Of a DNA stretch of 64,000 nt, positions 28,856 through 40,100 are shown in pieces. Location: the sequence record OR670491.1. One strand, given 5' to 3'. Position 1 is the stretch's first letter; the number at the start of each line of letters is the position of its first letter. The notes under the pieces were generated by a model. It ran no database searches and was not told the origin of the DNA. It saw only the letters and a program-made list of their open reading frames with translations. Position numbers and translations under genes: made by a program.

Positions 28856-30187
28856 ATGTCTACTCAAAACGCTGATATCCTGAACGTAAAACTGACTCCT
28901 AAGAAAGCTAAAGCAGCAATGGCACTGGCTGACATGATTCAAGACAGCCTGATGATTTGGGGTAGCCCTGGTATCGGTAAATCTGCAATTGCCCGTCAAT
29001 ACGCTGATGAGAACTACCCACTGCGTAAAGACAATCTGGCTAAGATTGAGTTCATGAAGCAGCAAATTGAAGTTGATGTAGAAAATGCTGACCAACTACG
29101 CCGTGAACTGGCAGCGTTCGAAGCTAAACTGATTGACCAAGACACCAACTTCATCGACTTCCGTTTGTCACAGATTGAACCAAGTGACCTACGTGGTATC
29201 CCAGTACCAGAGAAGATTTTCCTTGATATGGATGGTAAGCAACTGATTGAATCTGAACTGGAAACTGCACAAAACTACATCGCTGAAACAGCAGTAGTAT
29301 GGGCTGCACCAAAAGTACTGAAACTAAGCCCTGAATGGAAAGGTGTTATCCTGTTCGACGAAATTAACTCTGCAATGCCTATCGTGCAAGCAGCTTCTTA
29401 TCAGCTAATCCTCGACCGCTGTGTTGGTGAGATGAAGCTACCTAAGAAAGCTCTGATTCTGGCAGCAGGTAACCGTGAAACTGATGGCGGTGTAACCTTC
29501 TCTCTAGCTACACCACTGCGTGACCGTATGACTCACATCGAGATGGTTCCTTATCATCAAGATTGGATTAACGACTACGCAATTGCGAAACGTCTGAACC
29601 CAGCAACTGTTGCGTTCATCAACAACACTGGTGCTAAGTACTTCAACACCCTTAGCCCACAAGATCCTTCTCACAGTGGTGGTACTTCCCCACGTTCATG
29701 GGAAGCAGTAGCACGCTACGAAGACCTGAAGAAAGGTGGTCAGAGTATCGATAAAGAAGTGTTCCGTGCTCTAGTTGCAGGTCGTGTTGGTGAAGGTGTT
29801 GCTACCGAGTACATCGAATATGTAGAAAACGTATCTAAACTACCAGATACCATGTCTATCCTAAACGGTGAGATTAAAGAGATTGACGCTTCGCTAGATA
29901 TTTCTGCGAACTACTTCATCTCTCTGAACCTGGTCTATAAAATTATCGACCTGTACAATGAGAAGCAAGAACAACGTCTGGATGTGGCTGAATGGGGTAA
30001 ACTGTGCAACAACTTCATCATCTTCCTAGACCATAACTTCTCTGCAACTCAAGCAGAACTGGCAGTACTAGCGATTCGTACCATCACTCAGGCACGTGTA
30101 GCGATTTCGACTAAAGATGTACCAGCGTTCACTGACTTCATCAAGAAGTACACTGACCTAGTACGTAAAGCACGCTCCCTAAGCTAA
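28856..30187 (+). CDS. MoxR-type AAA+ ATPase
   Basis: GSPGIGKS, IDFRLSQ, LFDEIN, AAGNR, LATPLRDRM, SPRSW. Confidence 0.9.
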   Translation: MSTQNADILNVKLTPKKAKAAMALADMIQDSLMIWGSPGIGKSAIARQYADENYPLRKDNLAKIEFMKQQIEVDVENADQLRRELAAFEAKLIDQDTNFIDFRLSQIEPSDLRGIPVPEKIFLDMDGKQLIESELETAQNYIAETAVVWAAPKVLKLSPEWKGVILFDEINSAMPIVQAASYQLILDRCVGEMKLPKKALILAAGNRETDGGVTFSLATPLRDRMTHIEMVPYHQDWINDYAIAKRLNPATVAFINNTGAKYFNTLSPQDPSHSGGTSPRSWEAVARYEDLKKGGQSIDKEVFRALVAGRVGEGVATEYIEYVENVSKLPDTMSILNGEIKEIDASLDISANYFISLNLVYKIIDLYNEKQEQRLDVAEWGKLCNNFIIFLDHNFSATQAELAVLAIRTITQARVAISTKDVPAFTDFIKKYTDLVRKARSLS

Positions 30188-30203
30188 TAATTCGAAATAG
30201 TGG

Positions 30204-30238
30204 TTGACAAGGAGGATACCAAATGGTATCCTTCTTTT
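30204..30238 (+). promoter_or_regulatory. overlapping promoter and terminator-like hairpin
   Basis: TTGACA-17-TATCCT superimposed on AAGGAGGATACC-aaat-GGTATCCTTCTT. Confidence 0.5.
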
Positions 30239-30263
30239 ATCTTAACTAAACGAGGAATTTAAA

Positions 30264-31688
30264 ATGTCTCAAGAACAAAAATTCAAATTCGAAGAAGTTT
30301 CAGCTTCAGTACAGAAAGAGTGCCAAGACCGTCTTATTCTCGCACGTACATCTTTGATGCTTACTAAACCATTCTTTGGTGTACTGGCATCCCGTCTTCG
30401 TCCAGTACCTAACAACACATGGTGTCGTACTCTGGCAGTAGATGGTAAGCACCTTTTTTATAACGTAGAATTCGTAATGGGTATTCAAGACCCACTCAAG
30501 AAAGACGCATATGAAGCAGCAATGCGTGAAGCTCATCCAGAAATTACTGACGAGCAGTTGAAAGAAATGACCGAAGGCTTGACTGACGAAAACCTGATTG
30601 CAGTTATTTGTCATGAAATTCTTCACTGTGCATACGACCACTTCTTGCGTCGTGGTATGCGTGACCCACAACGTTACAACCGTGCTGCTGACTACGCGAT
30701 TAACCAGATTCTGGTTCGTGAAAAGATTGGTAAAATCCAGAATGGTTGGTTGTATGATCCAAAATATGACGGTATGACCGCAGAAGAGATCTACAACATT
30801 CTTCTAGAAGAAGATGAAAAACAAGAACAACAAGAAGGTGAAGGCGAAGGCCAACCACAACAAGGTGGTAGTGGTCAGGGTGAAGGGCGTTCACGTGGTA
30901 CATTTGGTGACCTTGCTGATGGTAAAGGTAAAGGCACTCCAAAAGGTACTACCATTGACCAACATGACGTTCCACAAGATGGTGATGGCGGTCAGTCTGA
31001 AGAGAAGAAACGTGAATATATGGACGATTTCAAAACCGCAATGATGAACGCGGCTCGTGCAGGTGGTACACCAGCAGAAATCGAACGTATGATCAATAAC
31101 TTCAAAGCACCAAAAATTGACTGGCGTGCAAAACTGCAACGTACTTTGCGTAGCTGGTTGAAATCTGACGCTACTTATCAGAACCCAAACCGTCGTTCAT
31201 GGGGTGCAGGTTTTGGTTCTAACGGTTCATTCTACGGGAACCCAATTTTCCCAGGCATGAAACCAGATGATGATATTGATATCGCAATTGCACTAGATGC
31301 ATCCGGTTCTATCTCTGAAGATATGCTCCGTGACTTCATCAGTGAAGTACTGGGTATCACTAAACAATTCAAACAGTTTAAGATTCGTATCATGACATTT
31401 GATACTCAAGTTTATACTGTAATGGATTACAAAACTGGTGAAGAACGTAAGATTCTTGAATATCCAGTTAAAGGTGGTGGCGGTACTGACTTTGAAGCAG
31501 TGTGGGTTCACATGAAACACGACAACTACAAGCCTAAACAACTTGTAATGTTTACAGATGGTGAGCCGTGGCAGTCATGGGGTGATCCTAACTACTGTAA
31601 GACACTGTTCGTTATTCACAGTAATCCAGAGAAAGTCGCACCATTCGGTGAAACCGTACACTACGAGTACGAAAATAAGAAAAAATAA
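30264..31688 (+). CDS. metallopeptidase-like (HExxH) plus VWA domain protein (DUF2201-type), MoxR partner
   Basis: HEILH, NRAADYAIN, DASGSIS MIDAS, GGGTDF, FTDG. Confidence 0.88.
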   Translation: MSQEQKFKFEEVSASVQKECQDRLILARTSLMLTKPFFGVLASRLRPVPNNTWCRTLAVDGKHLFYNVEFVMGIQDPLKKDAYEAAMREAHPEITDEQLKEMTEGLTDENLIAVICHEILHCAYDHFLRRGMRDPQRYNRAADYAINQILVREKIGKIQNGWLYDPKYDGMTAEEIYNILLEEDEKQEQQEGEGEGQPQQGGSGQGEGRSRGTFGDLADGKGKGTPKGTTIDQHDVPQDGDGGQSEEKKREYMDDFKTAMMNAARAGGTPAEIERMINNFKAPKIDWRAKLQRTLRSWLKSDATYQNPNRRSWGAGFGSNGSFYGNPIFPGMKPDDDIDIAIALDASGSISEDMLRDFISEVLGITKQFKQFKIRIMTFDTQVYTVMDYKTGEERKILEYPVKGGGGTDFEAVWVHMKHDNYKPKQLVMFTDGEPWQSWGDPNYCKTLFVIHSNPEKVAPFGETVHYEYENKKK

Positions 31689-31701
31689 GTAAGTAAATAA
31701 A

Positions 31702-31730
31702 AGGGAATGGTGATGAGCCATTCCTTCTTA
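31702..31730 (+). terminator. Rho-independent terminator
   Basis: GGAATGG/CCATTCC stem then T-rich. Confidence 0.6.
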
Positions 31731-31736
31731 TTAAAA

Positions 31737-31764
31737 TGGACAATCACTGAAAGCGTGATATAAT
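31737..31764 (+). promoter_or_regulatory. sigma70-type promoter
   Basis: TGGACA-16 nt-TATAAT with TG extension. Confidence 0.65.
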
Positions 31765-31798
31765 TAAAGTTGTAATCAATAACATGGAGAGTTATACA

Positions 31799-32047
31799 AT
31801 GAGTCAAGAAAACCAACAAGAACAAGTTATCCAACTAGACCTAATCGACCTAATCAATGCTGCACGTATTCTAGAAGCTGCTGTTGCTCGTAATACTTTT
31901 ACCGTTGATGAATTGGTTCAAGTCGCACCAGTTGTTTCTAAAGTTGTTTCTTTTGCACAAACTGCACAAGCAGACATTGAAGCTAAAGAAGCAGCACGTC
32001 TTGCTGCTGAAGCTGGTGAAACTAACAACGTTCAAGAAGGGGAATAA
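31799..32047 (+). CDS. hypothetical helical protein
   Basis: ATG 31799 after GGAG. Confidence 0.75.
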   Translation: MSQENQQEQVIQLDLIDLINAARILEAAVARNTFTVDELVQVAPVVSKVVSFAQTAQADIEAKEAARLAAEAGETNNVQEGE

Positions 32048-32049
32048 TT

Positions 32050-32691
32050 ATGGCTATTCGTCACACTGGTGTAATGCGTAATACAGGTTCACGAGTTTTC
32101 GTTGTATGGCGTGCACTACCAGATGATCCACAACATTGCTTGGTAATTTATCGTGATTCACTTCCAGAAGCATATGTATATGCCGTGACTGATATTGTCA
32201 ACAATCAAGGTCAAAGCTCAATCGACCTATGGGAAGTTATGCACAAGATTGGTTATCTAGATGGACGTAAAATGCTAGATGTTCTACACAATATGCAGTA
32301 CTTACATCGTGTTCGCACTTGTGACATTGATATGCATACTGGTGGTAACAACAAGATTTCTCTTGACGTTCTAAACGCTGCTATCGATGAAGGTAACAAA
32401 GTACACCAAGATAGCAAAGTAAAAGATTTCAATCCATTTGCACCACAAGAAGTTGATACCAGCGTTGAAGATGCTACTATCGTAGGTCAACTACTAGCTG
32501 ATGCTCGTAAACACGAGAAACTAGCTCAAGACTTCTATGAGCGTGCATATAACCTAGAACCTTCACTTCGTACTGAAGTTAAAGTTGAAGCAGTAACTCC
32601 AGGTACATTCACTGTTGAATTCCCTGAAGGTATTTCACAAACTAAAGCAATCGAACGTGTTAAGAAAGCTCTTGCAGAGCGTAAAGCATAA
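32050..32691 (+). CDS. hypothetical protein
   Basis: 213-aa ORF with GGGA SD. Confidence 0.75.
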   Translation: MAIRHTGVMRNTGSRVFVVWRALPDDPQHCLVIYRDSLPEAYVYAVTDIVNNQGQSSIDLWEVMHKIGYLDGRKMLDVLHNMQYLHRVRTCDIDMHTGGNNKISLDVLNAAIDEGNKVHQDSKVKDFNPFAPQEVDTSVEDATIVGQLLADARKHEKLAQDFYERAYNLEPSLRTEVKVEAVTPGTFTVEFPEGISQTKAIERVKKALAERKA

Positions 32692-32696
32692 GTTCT

Positions 32697-33293
32697 ATGA
32701 AAATAACCGAATTAGATGAAGCAATTCGTGGCTTTTCTAATACGTTTTTCAGTGGCGGGGCAGATGGTGCTGACCGCCATTTTACATTATATGCTCTTGA
32801 AAAGGGATTCAATGTAATCAACTTTTCTTTCAGGGGTCATAATCATAGTGTAGATGAAGATACAATATTAGAAATACCTTCTCATATTTTATGTGATAGT
32901 ACAGTACTGAAACAATTAAACATGGCATGTTACTCTTTGCAGCGTAAAGTACCTAAGCCTGGTTCTTACGTATTCAACTTACTAGCACGTAATCGTTATC
33001 AAATTCTAAACACAGAACGAGTTTATTGTATTGCAAAAATCGAATCACCAACTAGAGTTAGTGGCGGTACTGCATGGGCAGTTCAAATGTATATGGATAG
33101 TGTTGACAATCCTGAAATCTATTGTTATGATATGAATTCAAAAAGTGTGTATACATTTGACAATACAAATAAAGAGTTCGTTGAAGTATTCACTATTCCT
33201 GCACCACATGGTAATTGGACAGGAATTGGTTCTCGAAATGCAACTGTTAAGCATTTTGAGCATTTCAAAACATTTTTCAAGGAAGACAAATGA
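32697..33293 (+). CDS. SLOG-superfamily (YpsA/DprA-like) nucleotide-binding protein
   Basis: FSGGADGAD glycine loop, SGGTAWA, WTGIGSR. Confidence 0.55.
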   Translation: MKITELDEAIRGFSNTFFSGGADGADRHFTLYALEKGFNVINFSFRGHNHSVDEDTILEIPSHILCDSTVLKQLNMACYSLQRKVPKPGSYVFNLLARNRYQILNTERVYCIAKIESPTRVSGGTAWAVQMYMDSVDNPEIYCYDMNSKSVYTFDNTNKEFVEVFTIPAPHGNWTGIGSRNATVKHFEHFKTFFKEDK

Positions 33294-34219
33294 AACAACT
33301 ACAAGAGCTATATCAAAAAATTCTAGATGAAGGCGTAGAAAGCGTTGACCGTACTGGTGTTGGTACAATCAAACTAATCGGACAACAAATGCGTTTTGAT
33401 TTGTCGGAAGGTTTTCCAGCAGTGACAACTAAACGTTTAGCTTGGAAAGCAATGACCTCGGAATTGTTATGGTTCATTGAAGGTTCCCATGATGAACGTC
33501 GTCTATGTGAAATTCTACATGGTACTCGTGATTGGGAAAAAGTGACAATCTGGACTGGTAATTACAAAAACCAAGGTGTTAATCTTGGATACACCGATGG
33601 TGAGTTGGGTCCAGTTTATGGCAAACAATGGCGTTGCTGGGAAGATTACAAATTCAGTGCTGTTACCGAAGAAATTCAAGAATTGAAAGACAAAGGATAC
33701 AAAGTACTGGATTATACAGGTTCACATGGTGTTGTTATGAAACGCACCACTGACCAGCTAATGGATCTAATCAATGGTATCAAAGAAGATCCATACGGTC
33801 GTCGTCACATTCTTTCCGCATGGAACGTTGGTGAACTTGACCAAATGACATTACCACCATGTCATAGCTTTGTTCAGTTCTGTGTTGTTCAAGGTAAACT
33901 AAGCTGCATTCTACATCAACGTAGTGCTGATATGTTCTTGGGTGTTCCATTCAATATTAGTAGCTATTCTCTACTAACACATATTATTGCACAAATTACT
34001 GGGTTAGATGTTGGTGAGTTTATTTGGAATGGTGGAGACTGCCACATTTACAAAAACCACGTTGAACAAGTAAAAGAACAACTACTTCGTGAGCCACACG
34101 AACTACCAGAATTATGGTTAGATCCTTCAATTACTTCTATCGAAGATTTGAAAATGAATTCATTCAAACTACTGAATTACAATCCAATGGCAACAATCAA
34201 AGCACCAATGGCTGTATAA
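33290..34219 (+). CDS. thyA: thymidylate synthase
   Basis: GPVYGKQWR, LPPCH, QRSADMFLGVPFNI, HIYKNH. Confidence 0.97.
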   Translation: MKQLQELYQKILDEGVESVDRTGVGTIKLIGQQMRFDLSEGFPAVTTKRLAWKAMTSELLWFIEGSHDERRLCEILHGTRDWEKVTIWTGNYKNQGVNLGYTDGELGPVYGKQWRCWEDYKFSAVTEEIQELKDKGYKVLDYTGSHGVVMKRTTDQLMDLINGIKEDPYGRRHILSAWNVGELDQMTLPPCHSFVQFCVVQGKLSCILHQRSADMFLGVPFNISSYSLLTHIIAQITGLDVGEFIWNGGDCHIYKNHVEQVKEQLLREPHELPELWLDPSITSIEDLKMNSFKLLNYNPMATIKAPMAV

Positions 34220-34222
34220 ACG

Positions 34223-34251
34223 AAAGGGAGAACATATGTTCTCCCTTTTTT
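34223..34251. terminator. bidirectional terminator (26-bp perfect palindrome)
   Basis: AAAGGGAGAACAT-ATGTTCTCCCTTT between convergent genes. Confidence 0.8.
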
Positions 34252-34252
34252 A

Positions 34253-36217
34253 TTATCTTAATGTTACCAATGTTCTTCCAGCAAACCTTACATCAGGTGA
34301 AGAAGGGATGCTAAAGACCACGTTAGTGCCGTTAAACGTCACGCTATCGACCTCAACTCGTGTATACACACCAGTACTCACTAGTTCCTGAATCTCTGCT
34401 GTAACGATGTTACTGGCTGTTACAGTGAGTGTATAGTAGTCACCACTAAGCACCCATGCAGACGCAGTGAATGGGTCAGTACGAACAGAACCAGAACCGA
34501 TTGGAACCCACTGTCCTTGTACTTTTTGCATTGATGTACGTTCGGTGTTGGAGTATGCAATCATACCATCTACACCTACACTGTTATCAATAGTAGCTAG
34601 TACTGGTAATTGAATACCATAACGGTTGAAACGTGTACGAATAGTACCATTATCAAGAATAGTTACGTCAGCGTAATTACCCATAGATACTTTTAAATCA
34701 GCACTTAGCAATTGAATAGTTGATTGGTTAGCTGTACTTTCTAAAGTAAAGATACCACTTTCCATTAGATTAAGATTTTTGAATCTATTACTTGCAGCAT
34801 TGAATACGGTATTAGCTGCAAAAGTACTTACACCATTGATAGTAACTGTATCAGTATTAGCATCACCTAAAACAGTATTACCTTTAACGTTCAGGTTACC
34901 ACTTGCTGTAATGTTAGTTACGTTCAAACCACCACTAAGAGTAGTTGCACCATCAACTGTCAAATCACCATGAAGTACTGTAATACCATTTCTAAATTCA
35001 GCTTGAACTTTGTTCATTGAACTTAGTGAGATAATATTACTATCACCACTAATACCTACGTTAGTATTAGTTGCATTATCAAAACGTATAGTTGGAGTAG
35101 CTGCTGGTGTTGTATTTGAATAGTAAAGTACTAATGCACCATTAGTTACACGTACACGTTCAGTTCCATTAGTCGTGAAACCAATAGTATCATCTTGTGG
35201 ATGGAAAATACCAGTATTCGGGTCAGACCATTTGGCTGGATCATTACCTGGGTTTGTTATTGGATCAAATGCGTTATTGTTAAATGACAATGCTGGAGCA
35301 GAGGCTGTACCATATGTTATACCAAAACGACCTGCACCTTTAGTTCCATCGTCATACATGGAATCACCATCACGACGAAGACCTTCAACTGCAATGTTAT
35401 CAAGCATAGTTTGAACAGTACTGGAGTTTTTAACGAACTCACGATTGTTTGCAATCATTACTGTATTATCATATAATACTGAAGCCGCTGCAATACTTGC
35501 TCTTGATTGACGCAAACGAATGTTTTTAGTATCAGTTATAATAATCCAGTCACCATCAGAAAGTGCGGTTTGGTTCATAGGTGAACCACTAGCAAATGCG
35601 TTTGTCAAATCAGTGTCTTGTGCAAGATTAACTAAACCAGTGTGACCTGTGGATGGAATTGAAGCAGTTACAATACGAGCAAATGCATAACTTACTAGTT
35701 TAGAACCAGCAACGATTGGATTGGAATCAACGTAATACATTATTTGAATCCAGTTCCCTTGACCAGTTGGGTTGGTAGGCGTAAATGTTACTGGACTTGT
35801 AGCTGGACTGTTTGCTTCAAAGTGAGCTTGTGCCGCGTCCATGATACCACGAACAACATAATAATCACCTTTAATACTTTCAGCAGGGGCTGGAAGTGGG
35901 CTTTGTGTTAGTGGAGGATCAATATCATCTTCAATAGGTGAATATGTACCAACGAATTGAAGACCACTGGTAATTGAATCAGGTAATTGTGAAGTTAATA
36001 GTTTACCATTGTTATCTAAGTTAGCAAATCTTCTATATGAAACCGTCCCATCTTCAAAATCAAGTACACCTTCAAACGCTTTCCATTCTTGGTTGTATCG
36101 AAACATACCAGACCTGATAACATCAGTTGTTTGTTTAGTTGGTGCTTTAGGTAATTCTAGAAAGGATTTACTATCTATAATTACACCGCCATCACCTCTA
36201 ATTCGATTTATACTCAT
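34253..36217 (-). CDS. virion structural protein (fibre or baseplate associated)
   Basis: G.FRYN....FEG motif, beta-rich repeats, TAAATA upstream. Confidence 0.65.
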   Translation of the reverse strand: MSINRIRGDGGVIIDSKSFLELPKAPTKQTTDVIRSGMFRYNQEWKAFEGVLDFEDGTVSYRRFANLDNNGKLLTSQLPDSITSGLQFVGTYSPIEDDIDPPLTQSPLPAPAESIKGDYYVVRGIMDAAQAHFEANSPATSPVTFTPTNPTGQGNWIQIMYYVDSNPIVAGSKLVSYAFARIVTASIPSTGHTGLVNLAQDTDLTNAFASGSPMNQTALSDGDWIIITDTKNIRLRQSRASIAAASVLYDNTVMIANNREFVKNSSTVQTMLDNIAVEGLRRDGDSMYDDGTKGAGRFGITYGTASAPALSFNNNAFDPITNPGNDPAKWSDPNTGIFHPQDDTIGFTTNGTERVRVTNGALVLYYSNTTPAATPTIRFDNATNTNVGISGDSNIISLSSMNKVQAEFRNGITVLHGDLTVDGATTLSGGLNVTNITASGNLNVKGNTVLGDANTDTVTINGVSTFAANTVFNAASNRFKNLNLMESGIFTLESTANQSTIQLLSADLKVSMGNYADVTILDNGTIRTRFNRYGIQLPVLATIDNSVGVDGMIAYSNTERTSMQKVQGQWVPIGSGSVRTDPFTASAWVLSGDYYTLTVTASNIVTAEIQELVSTGVYTRVEVDSVTFNGTNVVFSIPSSPDVRFAGRTLVTLR

Positions 36218-36308
36218 GTAATATTTCCTCAGAATAGATTTATATATTATGTATTTATTTTAGATAAAAGAAAAGGCCAACCATAGTTGACCTTAGAATA
36301 GTTATATA

Positions 36309-37091
36309 TTAACGAGTGCGTTCTGGAATTTCTACCCCTTCATACACCCATTTTGCTGCTAACTGTAGTTGGCGAATAGGTTCATCACCTACATCTTGTA
36401 CTGCATTAATTGCAGAAACTTGTGCATCACATTCAGCGAATACTGCATCAATCATAGCAAACAATTCATCATTTAGTTGAGTCATTTCTGCTGCTGAAAG
36501 AGTTAAAATTGCATCTGCAAGATATAAAGAAACTGATTCTTTACCAGCTTGAACTTGTGTGTAATAGTTTAGAACCATTTGACGACCAGCAATATCAGTT
36601 GGAATTAAATGATCTTTGAACTTATAACCAGCGGTTGAACGTTCAGAACGTGCACTATAGGTTCTTGCTACTAGTTCACTTTGTACATCAATGAAATTTG
36701 AATCCACATAATTGTAAGTTTTAAGAGCAGTTAGTGCTTTATAATCCCCTTGTGCTTCTTCAATAAAAGTAACTTCAGGTTGACTGGAATCTTTTAATTT
36801 GACGAATTCTAGATATTCACCAATTGCGTTAGTATTCCCGACATTTTTATTTTCCAACCACCAGAAACCTTCTTCTTTACGTACATCATCATTTCCTACA
36901 GGAGCCGGAGAGTTAGGAGAAACCGAGATGCCGTATAGTGGACGAATGTCAGAATACATGTTAAAATATTCTTTCCCTTCATCTGGGGTTGCGATAGTGC
37001 GAGGCTTCAATCCTTTTACGTTAACTGGATTGGAAATGATATTTCCGAGTTCGTAATTTTCTTGAGAGCTACCCTTAACAAATGTAAACAT
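36309..37091 (-). CDS. tail fibre assembly/chaperone-like protein (DUF4376-like C-terminus)
   Basis: AAGGTGG SD at ATG 37091; C-terminal G..F.....TD......LSAAEM..L pattern; downstream of fibre genes. Confidence 0.5.
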   Translation of the reverse strand: MFTFVKGSSQENYELGNIISNPVNVKGLKPRTIATPDEGKEYFNMYSDIRPLYGISVSPNSPAPVGNDDVRKEEGFWWLENKNVGNTNAIGEYLEFVKLKDSSQPEVTFIEEAQGDYKALTALKTYNYVDSNFIDVQSELVARTYSARSERSTAGYKFKDHLIPTDIAGRQMVLNYYTQVQAGKESVSLYLADAILTLSAAEMTQLNDELFAMIDAVFAECDAQVSAINAVQDVGDEPIRQLQLAAKWVYEGVEIPERTR

Positions 37092-37173
37092 ATAAACCAC
37101 CTTATTTTATTTTTTTTTGAATTAGTATCGAAAAACCAGTACTGATCATTGTGACCAGTACTGGGGACATCAA

Positions 37174-40100
37174 TTATGAAGTACGTTGAGCAATAAACAA
37201 GTCAATAACGTTACTTACACCATCATATACTGCTTGGTAGATAGTAACACTGTTCGCTGCTAGGTTCTGTTCACCATCCACAATAGAGTAAGATGGGTCA
37301 GCAGTTAGTACACGGTTACCAGTTGCATCTTGCTTCGCATACATGAAGATAGATGCAGCTTTACCACCACCAATCAGGCCAGCAATTGGTGCTAGTGTGG
37401 TGTTCTGGTCTAGAGTGATAAAGTACACACTAGTAGAGCCATCAGGAGTCCATGTACCAGCCGGAGCAACAGTACTGGAAGTAACTTGTGATGGGATAAC
37501 ATCATACTTCTTAGTAGTTACAGAAGTAGTTACAAAGTTAGCTTCGTCAGTAGTGAATACACCAGCAACTTCAATACCTTTTTCGAAAGTAGCTTTCTCA
37601 ATGAAAGTACTTGTTCCGTTAACTGTGATAACATCTGCTGCTGCATCACCTAGTGTTACGCTACCAGTGGTAGTTAGTGCACCAGATATATTTACAGCCG
37701 CTAGGGTACTTGTACCAGTTACTGCTAGAGTTGAACCGATTGTTGCAGTGCCAGAAGTTGTTAGGTTAGTAACAGAAGCTTCTGCTAGTGTTGCTTTACC
37801 AGTTACACCTAGTGTACCACCAACAGTTGCTGCACCAGTTACGCCTAAAGTAGTTCCAACAGTTACTGCACCAGTGAAGGTTCCACCAACACCACTTACG
37901 TTACCACTGAACTCACCATCAACGCCTTTAACTTTACCAGTACTGGTGATTGCACCAGAACCTAAAGTACCAGTGATTGTCGCTGCTCCACCAACTGTTA
38001 AGTTACCAGTTGATTGCATTGAACCACCTTTAACTAGGTTAGTACTTGTTAGTGATTTAACGTTTACATCAGCATTTGATTGGTCAACGTTGGCATATAG
38101 AACACCACCAACTGTAAAGTTACCAGTAGTAACAACGTTACCGTTAACTGTTAAGTTGTTGTTTTGTGATCCAACTGCACCAAATGTACCAGAGTTTGCA
38201 ATAACTGCTGCGTCAGTTGAAATGTTACCAACTGCGGATAGAGTTGCAGAAGCTTCAATTGCATATGGTTCTAGTGTTTGACCACTTACGTCGATATCGG
38301 CGTTAATGCCACCTTCAACACGTAGTTTACCAGCAATAAAAGTATCAGGGAAAATCTGAACAGTTTCAGGTTGTTCACCAACTTTAACACCAACTACTAG
38401 GTTTGCACCAGTTTTAACTGTACCAGTTTCTAGTGAACCAGAAGTTACTTTGCCAGTTACTTTTGCATCAGCAGCTACAGTTAGTGCATCACCGGAAGCG
38501 GAGGACAATGCCAATGATGGAGCAGAAACAGCACCAGTTACACCTAAAGTGCCACCAACAGTTGCGTTACTTGTTACACCTAGTGTACCACCGAATGTAC
38601 CGTTTGTATCACTGTGGATAGCAGCAGAAGTAGACAAACTCTTCGCAACGATATCAGATGTTGTTAGGTCTAAACCACCAGCAGGAGTAAATGTACCGCT
38701 TACTGTTAGGTCATTAGTGAAAGATGAATTACCAGCCATAGTTAAACCAGCAGTACCAACAATACTTGTTGCAGAAACTGCACCAGTATCTAGTGAACCA
38801 GTTGTTGCTTTACCAGTTACACCTAAAGTATTACCTAAAGTAACAGCACCAGTTGTAGATAAAGTACCAGCTACAATTGCATTACCTTTAACATCAAGAC
38901 CAGTACCAGAAGCATTGGACAATGTTAGGGACGGAGCAGAAACTGCACCAGTTACACCTAGTGTACCAGCGATAGTTGAGTCACCACCAATAGTTGCCCC
39001 CGCAGTGCTCTTAATTGTGGTTGCCACGTCAAGGCTGTTTGCAGTAATATCAGAAGTAGATAGATCCAAACCACCCACTGGAGTGAATACACCGTTAACC
39101 GTTACAGCATCAGCAAATGTTGCAGCACCAGTTACACCTAGTGTACTACTAAATGTTCCAGATGTTGCAGAAACTGCACCAGTATCTAACGAACCAGTAG
39201 TTGCTTTACCTGTTACACCAAGAGTACCACCAACAGTTTGATTTCCGGTAACAGTAAGAGTCCCAGTTTGTGCATCAACAGTTGTGATTTTACCTGAACC
39301 ACTGATATCAGTAGTAGATACACCACCACTTAGAGTACTCAAACCAGTTGCTTTTAGGGTTGTCGCAACATCAAGACTGTTTGCTGTAATGTCTGCACCA
39401 CTTAGATCCAAACCACCTTCAGGAATAAATTCACCTTTAACAGTTAGTTTTTGAACTACTGAATCACCAGTTACGGTTAGAGCAGAAGAAGTTAAACCAC
39501 CGTTCAAAGTTGCTGCACCAGTAACACCAAGTGTACCACCGACAGCCGCATTAGAAGTTACTGAAGCGTTTTCTAGAGTTGCAGTACCGGAGATATTTGC
39601 ACCTTGTGCAGTGATACTACCAGTATCAACACGTACACCACCAGCTACAACTTGAATACCACCTGTATTAACAGTTAGTTTATTACCAACAGTTGCTGCA
39701 CCAGTTAGAGTGCTTGTACCAGCTACAGACAAGTTACCGGAAACGGCTGGGCTACCAGTTACATTACCAGTTGTTAGAACTAGATCAGCACCAACAGTAG
39801 TATTACCGACAGAAGCTAAAGTGTTTGCAGTTACATCAGAAGCAGATAGGTCAAATGTACCAGCTACTACCAAGTCACCACCGATATTTGCACCACCAGT
39901 AGTAGTGATTGATTTAGCACTAACATCAGTTGTTGCTAGGTCAATTGCACCTGGAGTTACAGTTCCGGTTACAGTTAAATCACCTGTTACTTTAGTGTTG
40001 CTTGCAATTTCCACACCAGTTTCGTTAGAAATGGTTGGAGTTACCAAGGAAACAGCAGTTGCTTGACCAGATACTGTTAGTGAAGTTCCAATTACTGCAT

